The notes under the pieces are model-generated. The model was not told where the DNA came from and searched no databases. It saw only the letters and a list, made by a program, of their open reading frames with translations. Shown here in pieces: positions 35,214-44,331 of a stretch of DNA of 64,000 nucleotides. Position numbers and translations under genes: made by a program. The stretch is from positions 558,387 to 622,386 of the forward strand of contig CP075526.1 of the NCBI GenBank assembly GCA_025808555.1, given 5' to 3'. This stretch comes from Anaerolineales bacterium. Lineage in GTDB: Bacteria > Chloroflexota > Anaerolineae > Anaerolineales > UBA11579. Position 1 is the stretch's first letter. Each line of letters begins with the position of its first letter.

Positions 35214-35245
35214 AAAAAAGAGCCGGCATATGCCGGCTCTTTTTT
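35214..35245. terminator. bidirectional intrinsic terminator
   Basis: AAAAAAGAGCCGGCA-ta-TGCCGGCTCTTTTTT, 9 nt beyond the modA stop. Confidence 0.8.
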
Positions 35246-35253
35246 AGGCGAGG

Positions 35254-36054
35254 TTACGGCTTTGGCCCAAAGCCCCACTTCGCCAGAATCGCCTGGCCTT
35301 CGGCACCCAACACAAAGTCCACAAAATCTTGCGCCACGCTGCCCGCCGGCGCTCTCTCCACGACGGCGATTGGATAGCTGGCGACCACGTTGAGCTCATC
35401 CGGAATGGGGATCTGCAGCACGCTCCCGGCAATATCCGGCGTAACATCAGAGGTGTACACGATGCCCGCATCCGCCTCCCCCAGCGAAACCTTGGTAGCC
35501 ACCTGGCGCACATTCGGCTCCTCAGACACCAGGTTGGCGTAGATGGCCGCGCCAAAGGCCGCATCACCCATTAATGCGATGCTCTGGTCGCTGTATTCAC
35601 GCACGGGCACGTCCGGTGCAGCCAGCACCAGCGCAATGCCAGGGTTGGCAAGGTCGGTGTAGGTCTCAAGACCAGCCGGGTTATCCGCCGGCACGATGAT
35701 GGTCAGGCGATTGGAGAGAAAGGCGATCGGATCGCCCTCAATGCGGCCAGCGTCCGAAGCCACGGTCATCTGCGTGAAGTTGGCCGCGGCGAACACATCC
35801 GCCGGGGCGCCTTCAATCAATTGCATAGCCAGCGAGGACGAGCTGGCGTAGTTGAGCAGCACATCCACGCCAGGGTTGGCCGCTTCAAAGGCTTCGGCGA
35901 TCTCTTTGAACGCATCTGTCAATGAGGAAGCCGCCATCACCACCAACTCAGTGCTAACGCTAGTTTGTGTTTGCGTGGCTGCCGGCGCGGGGGCGCCGCA
36001 GGCGGCCAGAAGTATTGCGAAAAATACCAATATGGAAAGTGCCGGCCTCTTCAA
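35254..36054 (-). CDS. modA: molybdate/tungstate ABC-type substrate-binding lipoprotein
   Basis: Lipobox LLAAC. VMAASSLTDAFKEIAEAFEAANPGVDVLLNYASSS...ADVFAAAN is typical ModA. Confidence 0.8.
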   Translation of the reverse strand: MKRPALSILVFFAILLAACGAPAPAATQTQTSVSTELVVMAASSLTDAFKEIAEAFEAANPGVDVLLNYASSSSLAMQLIEGAPADVFAAANFTQMTVASDAGRIEGDPIAFLSNRLTIIVPADNPAGLETYTDLANPGIALVLAAPDVPVREYSDQSIALMGDAAFGAAIYANLVSEEPNVRQVATKVSLGEADAGIVYTSDVTPDIAGSVLQIPIPDELNVVASYPIAVVERAPAGSVAQDFVDFVLGAEGQAILAKWGFGPKP

Positions 36055-36071
36055 CGGGACTCCTTGGCGAT

Positions 36072-36605
36072 TTAGGTGCGTACTTCAGCCACGCGTTCTT
36101 CGCAGCGATCCAACCAGGCCAGCACAGCACCCAACTGACCGAGCACAAAATCCAGCACCAGATCCTCCATACCGTCTGAACTGGTGCTAGCAGCCAGCAG
36201 CTGGCTGCGCTGCCTTTCACACACTGCACGCTGTGCATCGATCAGAGGCTGAGTTGGCCAACCCAGGCGGCGCGCCACATACAGGCGGCTCATGAACTGC
36301 ACGCGCACCTGGCGCACACTGGCGGAGAGCTCGGACGCCTGCAGCCAGCCTTCCAGCCGGCGGCGGCCGGAGGCGGTGATGCTGTAATGACGGCGCGGCG
36401 GGGCATCGCCGCTTTGCAGGGTCTTGCCGCGGATCAGGCCTCCGCCCTCGAGGCGCTTGAGCACGGCGTAGAGTTGGCTGGTGCTCAGGGTCCACACCCG
36501 CCCCAGGTCAGCCTTGGACTGGAACAGAGCCAGCAGTTGATAGCCGTGCTGCGGCTCAGCCGCCAGAATGCCCAGGATCGTTTCGTCCGGAACGGGAATG
36601 GCCAT
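36072..36605 (-). CDS. PadR-family transcriptional regulator
   Basis: Start at MAIPVPDE (ATG 36605). ILGILAAEPQHGYQLLALF...LYAVLKRLEGGGLI. Confidence 0.8.
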   Translation of the reverse strand: MAIPVPDETILGILAAEPQHGYQLLALFQSKADLGRVWTLSTSQLYAVLKRLEGGGLIRGKTLQSGDAPPRRHYSITASGRRRLEGWLQASELSASVRQVRVQFMSRLYVARRLGWPTQPLIDAQRAVCERQRSQLLAASTSSDGMEDLVLDFVLGQLGAVLAWLDRCEERVAEVRT

Positions 36606-36625
36606 ACGCGCAGTATAGCACAACT

Positions 36626-36644
36626 CTATTCCATCATGGAATAG
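36626..36644. promoter_or_regulatory. perfect 9-bp inverted repeat, candidate PadR operator
   Basis: CTATTCCAT-c-ATGGAATAG, 21 nt upstream of the PadR-like start, in the divergent gap to gap. Confidence 0.45.
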
Positions 36645-36770
36645 CAAGAGCAAAAGAACAGTACAAACGACATGCTCTTCACCAGTCACTGCTCACTGAG
36701 CGCTAGTTCCATTGCGCACTATAATAGGTGACGAAACTAGCCATAATTTGCATTCACTTGGAGGAACAGC

Positions 36771-37778
36771 ATGGCACGTGTAGCTATTAATGGTCTGGGG
36801 CGTATTGGGCGCGCGGCGTTGCGCCTGGCCCTGGAGGATGACAATCTGGAAGTGGTGGCGGTCAACGATATTGCCTCGCCTGAGAACATTGCTTACCTGA
36901 TCAAGTACGACACGGTGTATGGCCGCTTTGGCGAAGATGTGCGCGCCGAGGGCACAACCCTGCACGTAGACAAGCACAGCTTCCAATTCCTCAGCGAGAA
37001 AGACCCGGCCGCCCTGCCCTGGAAGGATCTGGGCGTGGACATTGTGATCGAGAGCACCGGCCGTTTCACTGAGAAGGCCGACGCCGCCAAGCACATTGAG
37101 GCCGGCGCCAAGTACGTCATCATCTCCGCCCCCACGAAGAGCGCCGATGTGCCCACGGTGGTGTTTGGCGTCAACACCTCTGACGAGGACGCCAACATCA
37201 TCTCCTGCGCAAGCTGCACCACCAACTCGCTGACCCCGGTGGTTGAAGTCATCGGCCGCCGCCTGGGCATCCAGAAAGCGATCATGACCACGGTGCACGG
37301 CTATACCGCCGGCCAGGGCCTGGTGGACGGCCCCGGCGGCAAAGGCGGCGATTTCCGCCGCGGCCGGGCCGCCGCCGCCAACATCGTGCCCGCCACCACC
37401 GGCGCGGCCAAGGCCACCACGCTGGCTCTGCCCCAGTACAAGGGCAAGTTTGACGGCGTGGCGCTGCGCGTGCCGGTGCCAGTCGGCTCCGTTTCCGACA
37501 TCGTGATGCTGACCGAGAAGAACACCAGCGCTGAGGAGATCAACCAGATCCTCACCGAAGAATCCGAGGGCCGCTACAAGGGCATCATCCGCGTGACCAA
37601 CGACGAGATCGTGTCTTCTGACATCGTTGGCGACCCGCACGCCTGCATCATTGACATGGAAATGACCAAAGTGGTCGACGGCAACCTGGTGAAGATCTTC
37701 GCCTGGTACGACAACGAGTGGGGCTACACGAATCAGATGATCCGCAAAGCCCGCGAGATCGCTGGCACGCTGAAGTAA
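36771..37778 (+). CDS. gap: type I glyceraldehyde-3-phosphate dehydrogenase
   Basis: INGLGRIGR NAD-binding motif and the active-site region SCASCTTNSL. Confidence 0.95.
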   Translation: MARVAINGLGRIGRAALRLALEDDNLEVVAVNDIASPENIAYLIKYDTVYGRFGEDVRAEGTTLHVDKHSFQFLSEKDPAALPWKDLGVDIVIESTGRFTEKADAAKHIEAGAKYVIISAPTKSADVPTVVFGVNTSDEDANIISCASCTTNSLTPVVEVIGRRLGIQKAIMTTVHGYTAGQGLVDGPGGKGGDFRRGRAAAANIVPATTGAAKATTLALPQYKGKFDGVALRVPVPVGSVSDIVMLTEKNTSAEEINQILTEESEGRYKGIIRVTNDEIVSSDIVGDPHACIIDMEMTKVVDGNLVKIFAWYDNEWGYTNQMIRKAREIAGTLK

Positions 37779-37798
37779 GCCTGCCGAACGTATGCAAA

Positions 37799-37832
37799 CA
37801 AAAAAAAGCGCCGCAGCTGCGGCGCTTTTTTT
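37799..37832. terminator. bidirectional intrinsic terminator
   Basis: AAAAAAAA-GCGCCGCAGCTGCGGCGC-TTTTTTT between gap and the ExoD-like gene. Confidence 0.8.
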
Positions 37833-37851
37833 CTCTCTGGAGCAGCGGAGC

Positions 37852-38505
37852 CTACCCGCCCTGCATCAGGCGCAACAGCTCAACGATCGTCCAACCACCG
37901 CCTGCCACTAGGATGCCGAAATAAATGATGGTGGCAACATTCATCAGGTGGCCAAACAAAATACTCAGCCCATCTTTCTGAATTGCGCCAATGGCGAAGA
38001 AGATCAACGCGATCGCAGGCAGGGTATTGCTGAAGGGCACAAAGCCGAACGGCAGCATCAGCAGGCCGGCCGCCAGAATGTAGGCCAGCTTATTTAGCAA
38101 ACCAGCGCGGGTGGCGAGCCAGGGAATGCGGCCGGGCTTGCTGACCTTCTCCAGGCGGCGCAGCCAGGTCAGCGCGCCATTCATGCCCTTGACCAGTTTC
38201 TCGCTGGCGATGGGACGCTCCTTGATGCGCTTGGGCAGATACACGGTGTTGCTGAACAGCAACGAGACGCCGATCAGCATGATGGCGCTGCCAAAGATCG
38301 TGCTGACCCCGGGGATGGATACGGGAATAAGGAATACCAATGATAAAAAGATTGTGATAAGCATCAAACTATCGTTGCCAATAATGTCCATGATCTTGGC
38401 CAAGGTTACATGGCCAGGGGGAATGGTCTTGATGATGCCTTCCAGCTTCTCCACAAGGGATTCGTTGGTGACAGGTTCTTTGATCGGAGCAGCTTCGGTT
38501 GTCAT
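37852..38505 (-). CDS. ExoD-family membrane protein
   Basis: ITIFLSLVFLIPVSIPGVSTIFGSAIMLIG...YLPKRI matches the ExoD pattern. Noticeably lower GC than its neighbours. Confidence 0.65.
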   Translation of the reverse strand: MTTEAAPIKEPVTNESLVEKLEGIIKTIPPGHVTLAKIMDIIGNDSLMLITIFLSLVFLIPVSIPGVSTIFGSAIMLIGVSLLFSNTVYLPKRIKERPIASEKLVKGMNGALTWLRRLEKVSKPGRIPWLATRAGLLNKLAYILAAGLLMLPFGFVPFSNTLPAIALIFFAIGAIQKDGLSILFGHLMNVATIIYFGILVAGGGWTIVELLRLMQGG

Positions 38506-38641
38506 GCGCGCGTATACCTTTCTGACTTGCTGTGCGTGGTGCTGTATCGAGGGGGATTGACCAGGTTACAACACCTGATTGTACCTATGGAATCCTACTA
38601 CTTGCCGCTCGCGGTTCATTTGTGATATTGTTAACAAACGA

Positions 38642-39340
38642 ATGAGCGACCCAACCGCCCTACTCCAGATCAAAGGCCTTTCCAAAAGTTATCAGGAAGC
38701 CGGCCAGCGCCGCTCAATCCTGCGTCAGGTTGATCTCCAAATTCAGCCTGGAGAGTTCGTAGCGCTGCTCGGCTCTTCGGGCAGCGGCAAGAGTACTTTT
38801 CTCAACCTCATCAGCGGAATCGACCTGGCAGACGAGGGCGAGATCTGGCTGCAGGGCCAGAACCTGGTCGCCATGAACGAGGGCGAACGTACGCTGTTCC
38901 GCCGCAACCACATTGGCTTCGTGTTCCAGTTCTTCAACCTGTTACCCACTCTGACCGTGCTCGAGAACGTGACCCTGCCCGCCGAACTGCGCGGTACCCC
39001 TCTCAAACAAGCCCAGCAGCGTGCCGGCGAACTGCTGACCCAGGTCGGCTTGGCGGGGCGCGAGGGCGCCTTCCCTGACCGGCTCTCCGGCGGGGAGCAG
39101 CAGCGCGTCGCCATCGCTCGCGCCCTCTCGCACGACCCGCTGCTCGTGCTGGCCGACGAGCCCACCGGCAATCTGGACGAGGACACCGGTGCGCAGATCA
39201 TGACCCTGCTGGAGAAGCTCACCCGCCAGGCCGGCAAGAATCTGATCATGGCCACGCACAATCTTGACAATGCCCGCCTGGCCGACCGCATCCTGCGCAT
39301 GCACGACGGCAAGCTGGTCAGCGAGCCGGCCCGCCCATGA
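38642..39340 (+). CDS. ABC transporter ATP-binding protein (MacB/LolD-type)
   Basis: Walker [10 protein letters not shown], signature [13 protein letters not shown], Walker [14 protein letters not shown]. Confidence 0.9.
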   Translation: MSDPTALLQIKGLSKSYQEAGQRRSILRQVDLQIQPGEFVALLGSSGSGKSTFLNLISGIDLADEGEIWLQGQNLVAMNEGERTLFRRNHIGFVFQFFNLLPTLTVLENVTLPAELRGTPLKQAQQRAGELLTQVGLAGREGAFPDRLSGGEQQRVAIARALSHDPLLVLADEPTGNLDEDTGAQIMTLLEKLTRQAGKNLIMATHNLDNARLADRILRMHDGKLVSEPARP

Positions 39341-41919
39341 GCACCCGCAGCCGCAGGCTGCTTGCGCCCAGCCTGCTCAATGTCGCCTGGCGCTACCTGC
39401 TCACCCACCCGCTGCAAAGCCTGCTCATGCTCATTGGCATCGCCATGGGCGTGGGCGTCGCCGTCAGCGTGGATATTGCCAACGCCAGCGCGGCGCAAGC
39501 CTTCGAGCTGAGTACTGAAGCTGTGGCTGGCAAAGCCACCCATTACATCTCCGCCGGGCCGCTGGGCCTGGATGAGCAGGTCTATGTAGACTTGCGCACC
39601 GCCGGACTGGGGATTCCCATGGCTCCGGTGCTCAGCCAGCTGGTTACCTCTCCTCAGCTTGGCAATACCCCGTTGCAACTCATGGGCATTGACCCTTTCG
39701 CCGAGCAACCCTTCCGCAGCTACATCGCCGGCGAAGATGGCGAGGACAGCCCCAGCGCCGCCATGGGCGCCTTCTACGCCATCCCCGGCGCGGTGCTGCT
39801 CCCCACGCCAATGGCAGAGCAGTACGGCCTCAGCGAAGGTGACCCGCTTGAGCTCAACATCAACGGCATGGCGTTGCCCGCAGTTGTGGCGGGGCTGCTG
39901 CAGCCGCGCGACAACCTGAGCGCCCAGGCCTTGCAAGGCTTGCTGCTGGCCGACCTTGCCACTGTGCAAGAGTTCAGCGGCCGCCTGGGCAGCCTTGAGC
40001 GCATCGACCTCATCATCCCCAGCGAGAACCGCGACGCCATCATTGCCGACCTGGAGGCGCGTTTGCCACAAGGCGCGGTCGTGCTGCAATCAGACAGCCG
40101 CAACCAATCCGTCGAGCAGATGACGGCCGCCTTCCGCACCAATATCACCGCTCTCAGTCTGCTGGGTTTGGTGGTGGGCGTATTCCTGATTTACAACACG
40201 GTCACATTCTCGGTCGTGCAGCGCCGTCAATCCTTCGGCACACTGCGCGCCCTGGGCGTCAGCAGCCGCGAGATCTTTGTGCTGGTACTGGGCGAAGCGC
40301 TGCTGGTGGGCGTCATCGGCTCGCTGCTCGGTCTGGCGCTCGGCATCCTGCTAGGCCACGGCTCGGTGGCCCTGGTTTCGCAAACCATCAATGATGTTTT
40401 CTACACCATGACCGTGCGCGAGGTCAGTCTGCCCGCCCAGAGCCTGCTCAAAGGCGCACTGTTGGGCCTGCTAGCCACCCTTGTGGCCGCTATCGTGCCC
40501 GCCTGGGAGGCGGCCAAGTCGCCGCCACGTCGCACCCTGTCTCGCTCACAACTCGAGAGCGTTTCACGCCGCATGCTGGCCCAGGCCGCCATCGCCGGAG
40601 CGCTGCTGGCAACCGCCTCGGCGCTGGCGCTGGCTCGGCTGGATCTACAGCTCATTCCCAGCTTTGGAGCCATGTTCGGCGTGGTCATCGGCGCAGCGCT
40701 GGTGGCCCCGTTCATCATGCAGGTCAGCATGCCGCTGCTGGCGCGTGTGCTGGCTCCGCTCATTGGCCCGTTGGGGCGCCTGGCCCCGCGTGAGGTCTCG
40801 GCCTCGGCCAGCCGTACTTCGCCAGCCATGGCTGCGTTGATGGTGGCGGTGGCCGTCACCATCGGCGGCAGCCTGATGGTGAGCAGCTTCCGCGCCAGTG
40901 TGGTGGATTGGATGGAAGTCATCCTGCGCAACGATGTCTACGGCTCGGTGGCCGGCGCCAACCTCTCCGAGCCGCAGGAGGCGATTGACCCTGAGGTGCT
41001 GCGCCGCCTGGAGAGCTGGCCTGGCATCGAGGCGACGTATTACCTACGCAACGTCATGGTGGATTCGCCCTATGGCCCGCTGATGATCGCCGCCAATAAC
41101 AATCCAAACGATGGCGATGAGCAGGTCTACTTCGCCGCTGAGGGCAGCGGGCAACAAGTCTGGCAGGCCGTAAAAAATGGCGCAGTCATGATCTCAGAGC
41201 CGCTGGCCAACCGCCTGGAGCTGGGCGTGGGTGACAGCATTACGTTGTATACGCCTGAAGGCCAGCGCGATTTCCATATATCCGCCATCTTTAGCGACTA
41301 CACCTCCAGCCGCGGCAACATCACCATGTGGCTGGAAAACTATCGACAGATTTGGGGCGACGAGAGCGTGACAGCGTTCTCCGCGGTTGTAACGCCTGGC
41401 ACGGACGCAGACTCGATGGTGGCCGAGTTGCAGAACCAGCTTAGCCAGCAACAGCTACTGCACATCCGCTCCAACAGCACGCTGCGCGCCGAAAGTCTTA
41501 GCGTGTTCGACCGCACCTTCCTCATCAGCAGCGCTCTGCACCTCATCACTACGAACGTGGCCTTCGTAGGCGTGCTCTCCGCCATGCTGTCGCTCCAGCT
41601 TGAAAAGCAGCGCCAGATGGGCATACTCAAAGCCATTGGGCTCACAATCCGCCAGATCTGGTCACTGACCCTGCTGGAAACCAGCCTCATCGGCGCGCTG
41701 GCGGGGTTGTTGGCGCTGCCCATGGGCCTGGTCATCGCTCAGGTGCTGCTTACGCTAATCAATCGCCGCTCCTTTGGCTGGACGCTGCAACTGCACTTTG
41801 AAAGCGCGCCATTCATTGAAGCCCTGCTGGTGGCGATTGCCGCCGCCCTGTTGGCCGGGCTATACCCCGCCTGGCGCGCCAGCCGCCGCAGCGCCGCCGA
41901 CGCCATGAGGTTCGACTGA
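39337..41919 (+). CDS. ABC transporter permease with two FtsX-type domains
   Basis: 860 aa with an ATGA overlap with the ATPase gene. Two 4-TM FtsX-like modules are separated by large extracytoplasmic domains. Confidence 0.85.
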   Translation: MSTRSRRLLAPSLLNVAWRYLLTHPLQSLLMLIGIAMGVGVAVSVDIANASAAQAFELSTEAVAGKATHYISAGPLGLDEQVYVDLRTAGLGIPMAPVLSQLVTSPQLGNTPLQLMGIDPFAEQPFRSYIAGEDGEDSPSAAMGAFYAIPGAVLLPTPMAEQYGLSEGDPLELNINGMALPAVVAGLLQPRDNLSAQALQGLLLADLATVQEFSGRLGSLERIDLIIPSENRDAIIADLEARLPQGAVVLQSDSRNQSVEQMTAAFRTNITALSLLGLVVGVFLIYNTVTFSVVQRRQSFGTLRALGVSSREIFVLVLGEALLVGVIGSLLGLALGILLGHGSVALVSQTINDVFYTMTVREVSLPAQSLLKGALLGLLATLVAAIVPAWEAAKSPPRRTLSRSQLESVSRRMLAQAAIAGALLATASALALARLDLQLIPSFGAMFGVVIGAALVAPFIMQVSMPLLARVLAPLIGPLGRLAPREVSASASRTSPAMAALMVAVAVTIGGSLMVSSFRASVVDWMEVILRNDVYGSVAGANLSEPQEAIDPEVLRRLESWPGIEATYYLRNVMVDSPYGPLMIAANNNPNDGDEQVYFAAEGSGQQVWQAVKNGAVMISEPLANRLELGVGDSITLYTPEGQRDFHISAIFSDYTSSRGNITMWLENYRQIWGDESVTAFSAVVTPGTDADSMVAELQNQLSQQQLLHIRSNSTLRAESLSVFDRTFLISSALHLITTNVAFVGVLSAMLSLQLEKQRQMGILKAIGLTIRQIWSLTLLETSLIGALAGLLALPMGLVIAQVLLTLINRRSFGWTLQLHFESAPFIEALLVAIAAALLAGLYPAWRASRRSAADAMRFD

Positions 41920-43073
41920 TGCGCCGCTTTGCACCGTTTCTTGTATTGTTAGTGGGCCTGGCTGCGGCGGCCTACTTCGCATTCCGTCCGCCCGCCAAAC
42001 CCACCAATCTCAACGCCTCCGTGCAAAGCACGCCGCAGGTGATCGAAGGCTTTGCCCGCGCCGAAGGCGTGCGTGACTTCAGCTTCCCGCAGGATTTTGG
42101 GCCACACCCTGACTTCCAGACCGAGTGGTGGTACTACACCGGCAACCTGGAGACGGCAGACGGCCGCCACTTCGGCTACCAGCTCACCTTCTTTCGCCGC
42201 GGCCTGCTGCCGCCGGCCCAGCTGCCGCCACGCAGCAGCCAATGGGCCACCGGCCAGGTCTACATGGCACACTTCACCATCACAGATGTGGAGACCGGCG
42301 CTTTCTACGCCCAGGAACGCTTCTCGCGCGGGGCGGCTGGCCTGGCCGGCGCGCAAGGCGAACCCTACGCGGTCTGGCTGGAGGATTGGCGCGTGGAAGC
42401 CACCGGCCCCGACACCTTCGCCCTGTTTGCCGCCAACGATGGGCTGCGCCTGGAGCTGATCCTGCAAGACGCCAAAGGCCCGATCCTGCAGGGTGAGCGC
42501 GGCTACAGCCGCAAGGGCGACGAGCCCGGCAATGCCTCCTACTACTATAGCCAAACCCGCCTGCTGAGCGAAGGCAGCCTGAGGATCGGCGATGAGACCT
42601 TCCAGGTCAGCGGTCTCAGTTGGAAGGACCACGAGTTCAGCACCTCTGTGCTGACCAGCGACATTATTGGCTGGGATTGGTTCTCGCTTCAACTGGACAG
42701 CGGCTACGAGCTCATGCTCTACCAGCTGCGCCGTGCTGACGGCAGCATTGCGCCGCGCTCCAGCGGCACGCTGGTGGCGCCGGATGGCAGCACCACTCAG
42801 CTCTTCGCTGGTGATTTTGTGCTCACCCCGCTCAGCCAGTGGCGCAGCCCGCACTCGGGCGCCGAGTACCCGGGCAGTTGGCGCATCACTCTGCCTGGCC
42901 ACGACCTAGAGCTTGAGGTTACCCCCTACATCAGCGACCAAGAACTCAACCACACCTTCACCTACTGGGAAGGCGCGGTACGCTTAACCGGCCGCCAAAA
43001 TGGTCAGGCCGTCAGTGGCTCCGGCTATGTGGAGTTGACCGGCTATGCCGAACCCTTCAACGGTGACTTTTAG
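41919..43073 (+). CDS. AttH/CrtC-like (hydroxyneurosporene-synthase-fold) secreted protein
   Basis: TGATG overlap with the permease gene. FPQDFGPHPDFQTEWWYYTGNL...GYQLTFFR is the AttH/CrtC N-terminal signature. Confidence 0.75.
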   Translation: MRRFAPFLVLLVGLAAAAYFAFRPPAKPTNLNASVQSTPQVIEGFARAEGVRDFSFPQDFGPHPDFQTEWWYYTGNLETADGRHFGYQLTFFRRGLLPPAQLPPRSSQWATGQVYMAHFTITDVETGAFYAQERFSRGAAGLAGAQGEPYAVWLEDWRVEATGPDTFALFAANDGLRLELILQDAKGPILQGERGYSRKGDEPGNASYYYSQTRLLSEGSLRIGDETFQVSGLSWKDHEFSTSVLTSDIIGWDWFSLQLDSGYELMLYQLRRADGSIAPRSSGTLVAPDGSTTQLFAGDFVLTPLSQWRSPHSGAEYPGSWRITLPGHDLELEVTPYISDQELNHTFTYWEGAVRLTGRQNGQAVSGSGYVELTGYAEPFNGDF

Positions 43074-43077
43074 CCCC

Positions 43078-43428
43078 ATGCCCATTAAGCTCACTGCCCG
43101 CTTCGCGCTTTTGGCGCTGCTCGCCGCAGCCCTGGCGGCCTGCATGCCAGAGCCGCTGCGCGTCACCATGACCGCTCATGACATTATGTGGGATGTTGAG
43201 GAGATCCATGTGCGGGCTGGCCAGCCCATCGAGCTGACCCTGCAAAATCACGGCGCGCTCGACCATGCCCTGCAGATCCGCGATCTGGGGATCGATGTAT
43301 TGCTTTCCCCGGGTGATGTGGAGATCATCACGTTTACAATCAAACTGCCGGGCGTCATTGAATTCATTTGCAGCATCCCGGGCCACGACGAAGCCGGCAT
43401 GGTGGGCTATATCTTCGTCAATGAGTGA
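43078..43428 (+). CDS. cupredoxin (type-1 copper) lipoprotein
   Basis: Start MPIKL, lipobox LAAC. FICSIPGHDEAGMVGYIFV carries Cys/His/Met ligands, with an upstream His in NHGALDH. Confidence 0.75.
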   Translation: MPIKLTARFALLALLAAALAACMPEPLRVTMTAHDIMWDVEEIHVRAGQPIELTLQNHGALDHALQIRDLGIDVLLSPGDVEIITFTIKLPGVIEFICSIPGHDEAGMVGYIFVNE

Positions 43429-43560
43429 CCGGAGCACCGAACTGCTCATTCTATTCTTAACCCATCGGGTAGAATCTATAAGACCCAAGGCCGCCAGACA
43501 ATCAAGCTTGCCATCATTGACGCCTGGCGCGTCTAGCAGGTATTTGCATACGGGAGATGT

Positions 43561-44274
43561 ATGACCACTAAAGGACCTTACAGGCTACTCACTCGTGGAA
43601 GGGGGCGCGGCGGGCGCAGCAACATCTTTGCCTATGGCTTAGGTCTATTGGCTTTATTGCTGCTGGCCAGCGGTTGCTATACCACCTACAGCTGGTACTC
43701 GGGCGGCGGCATTGGCGGCATCTTCCCCAGCGACACGCCCACCCCCACCATCACGCCGACCCCCAGCCTGACCCCTACCGTTACCGAGATCCCCTCCGAA
43801 ACGCCGATTGCGAACACCCCCACGGCTTCGGCGCCCTTCCTCTACACAGTAGCTTCAGGCGACACCATTTCCAGCATCGCCGATCAGTTTGGCGTTGAGT
43901 ACATCATCATCATGATCCTGAACGGGCTGAACAACAGCAGCGTGTTGCTGGTTGGGCAGGAGCTCGTCATTCCCAATCCGGATATGCCCTTCCCCGAGCC
44001 GACGCCCCTGCCAGAGAACCTGCGTTTTGGCGACGAGATCCAGTATCTCGTGCTGCCTGGCGATTCCCTGGCCGCCATCGCCGAGCGCTTCCTCAGCACG
44101 GTGGATGACATTATGCGTGAGAACGGGCTGGACAATCCCAACAATATCTTTGTCGGCCAGTTGCTCACCGTGCGCGTGCGTCTTATCACGGCCACGCCCG
44201 GCCCCTCGCCCACACCCGTGGGCACCAGCGGCCCCATCCCCACTGTAACCCCCTCGCCTTCGGCTACGCCGTAG
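43561..44274 (+). CDS. membrane-anchored protein with two LysM domains and PT linkers
   Basis: YTVASGDTISSIADQFGV...LLVGQELVIP and YLVLPGDSLAAIAERF...IFVGQLLTV. Confidence 0.8.
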   Translation: MTTKGPYRLLTRGRGRGGRSNIFAYGLGLLALLLLASGCYTTYSWYSGGGIGGIFPSDTPTPTITPTPSLTPTVTEIPSETPIANTPTASAPFLYTVASGDTISSIADQFGVEYIIIMILNGLNNSSVLLVGQELVIPNPDMPFPEPTPLPENLRFGDEIQYLVLPGDSLAAIAERFLSTVDDIMRENGLDNPNNIFVGQLLTVRVRLITATPGPSPTPVGTSGPIPTVTPSPSATP

Positions 44275-44295
44275 GCGAAGCGACTAACTCACACA

Positions 44296-44329
44296 ATAAA
44301 AAACCCGCTGCTTTCGCAGCGGGTTTTTT
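44296..44329. terminator. bidirectional intrinsic terminator
   Basis: AAAAAA-CCCGCTGC-tttc-GCAGCGGG-TTTTTTT between the LysM gene and rnj. Confidence 0.8.
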
Positions 44330-44331
44330 TA

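Noticed and set aside
36693-37640. 315-aa minus-strand ORF
   Set aside because: Antisense shadow of gap.
38743-40089. 448-aa minus-strand ORF
   Set aside because: Antisense to the ABC ATPase and permease genes.
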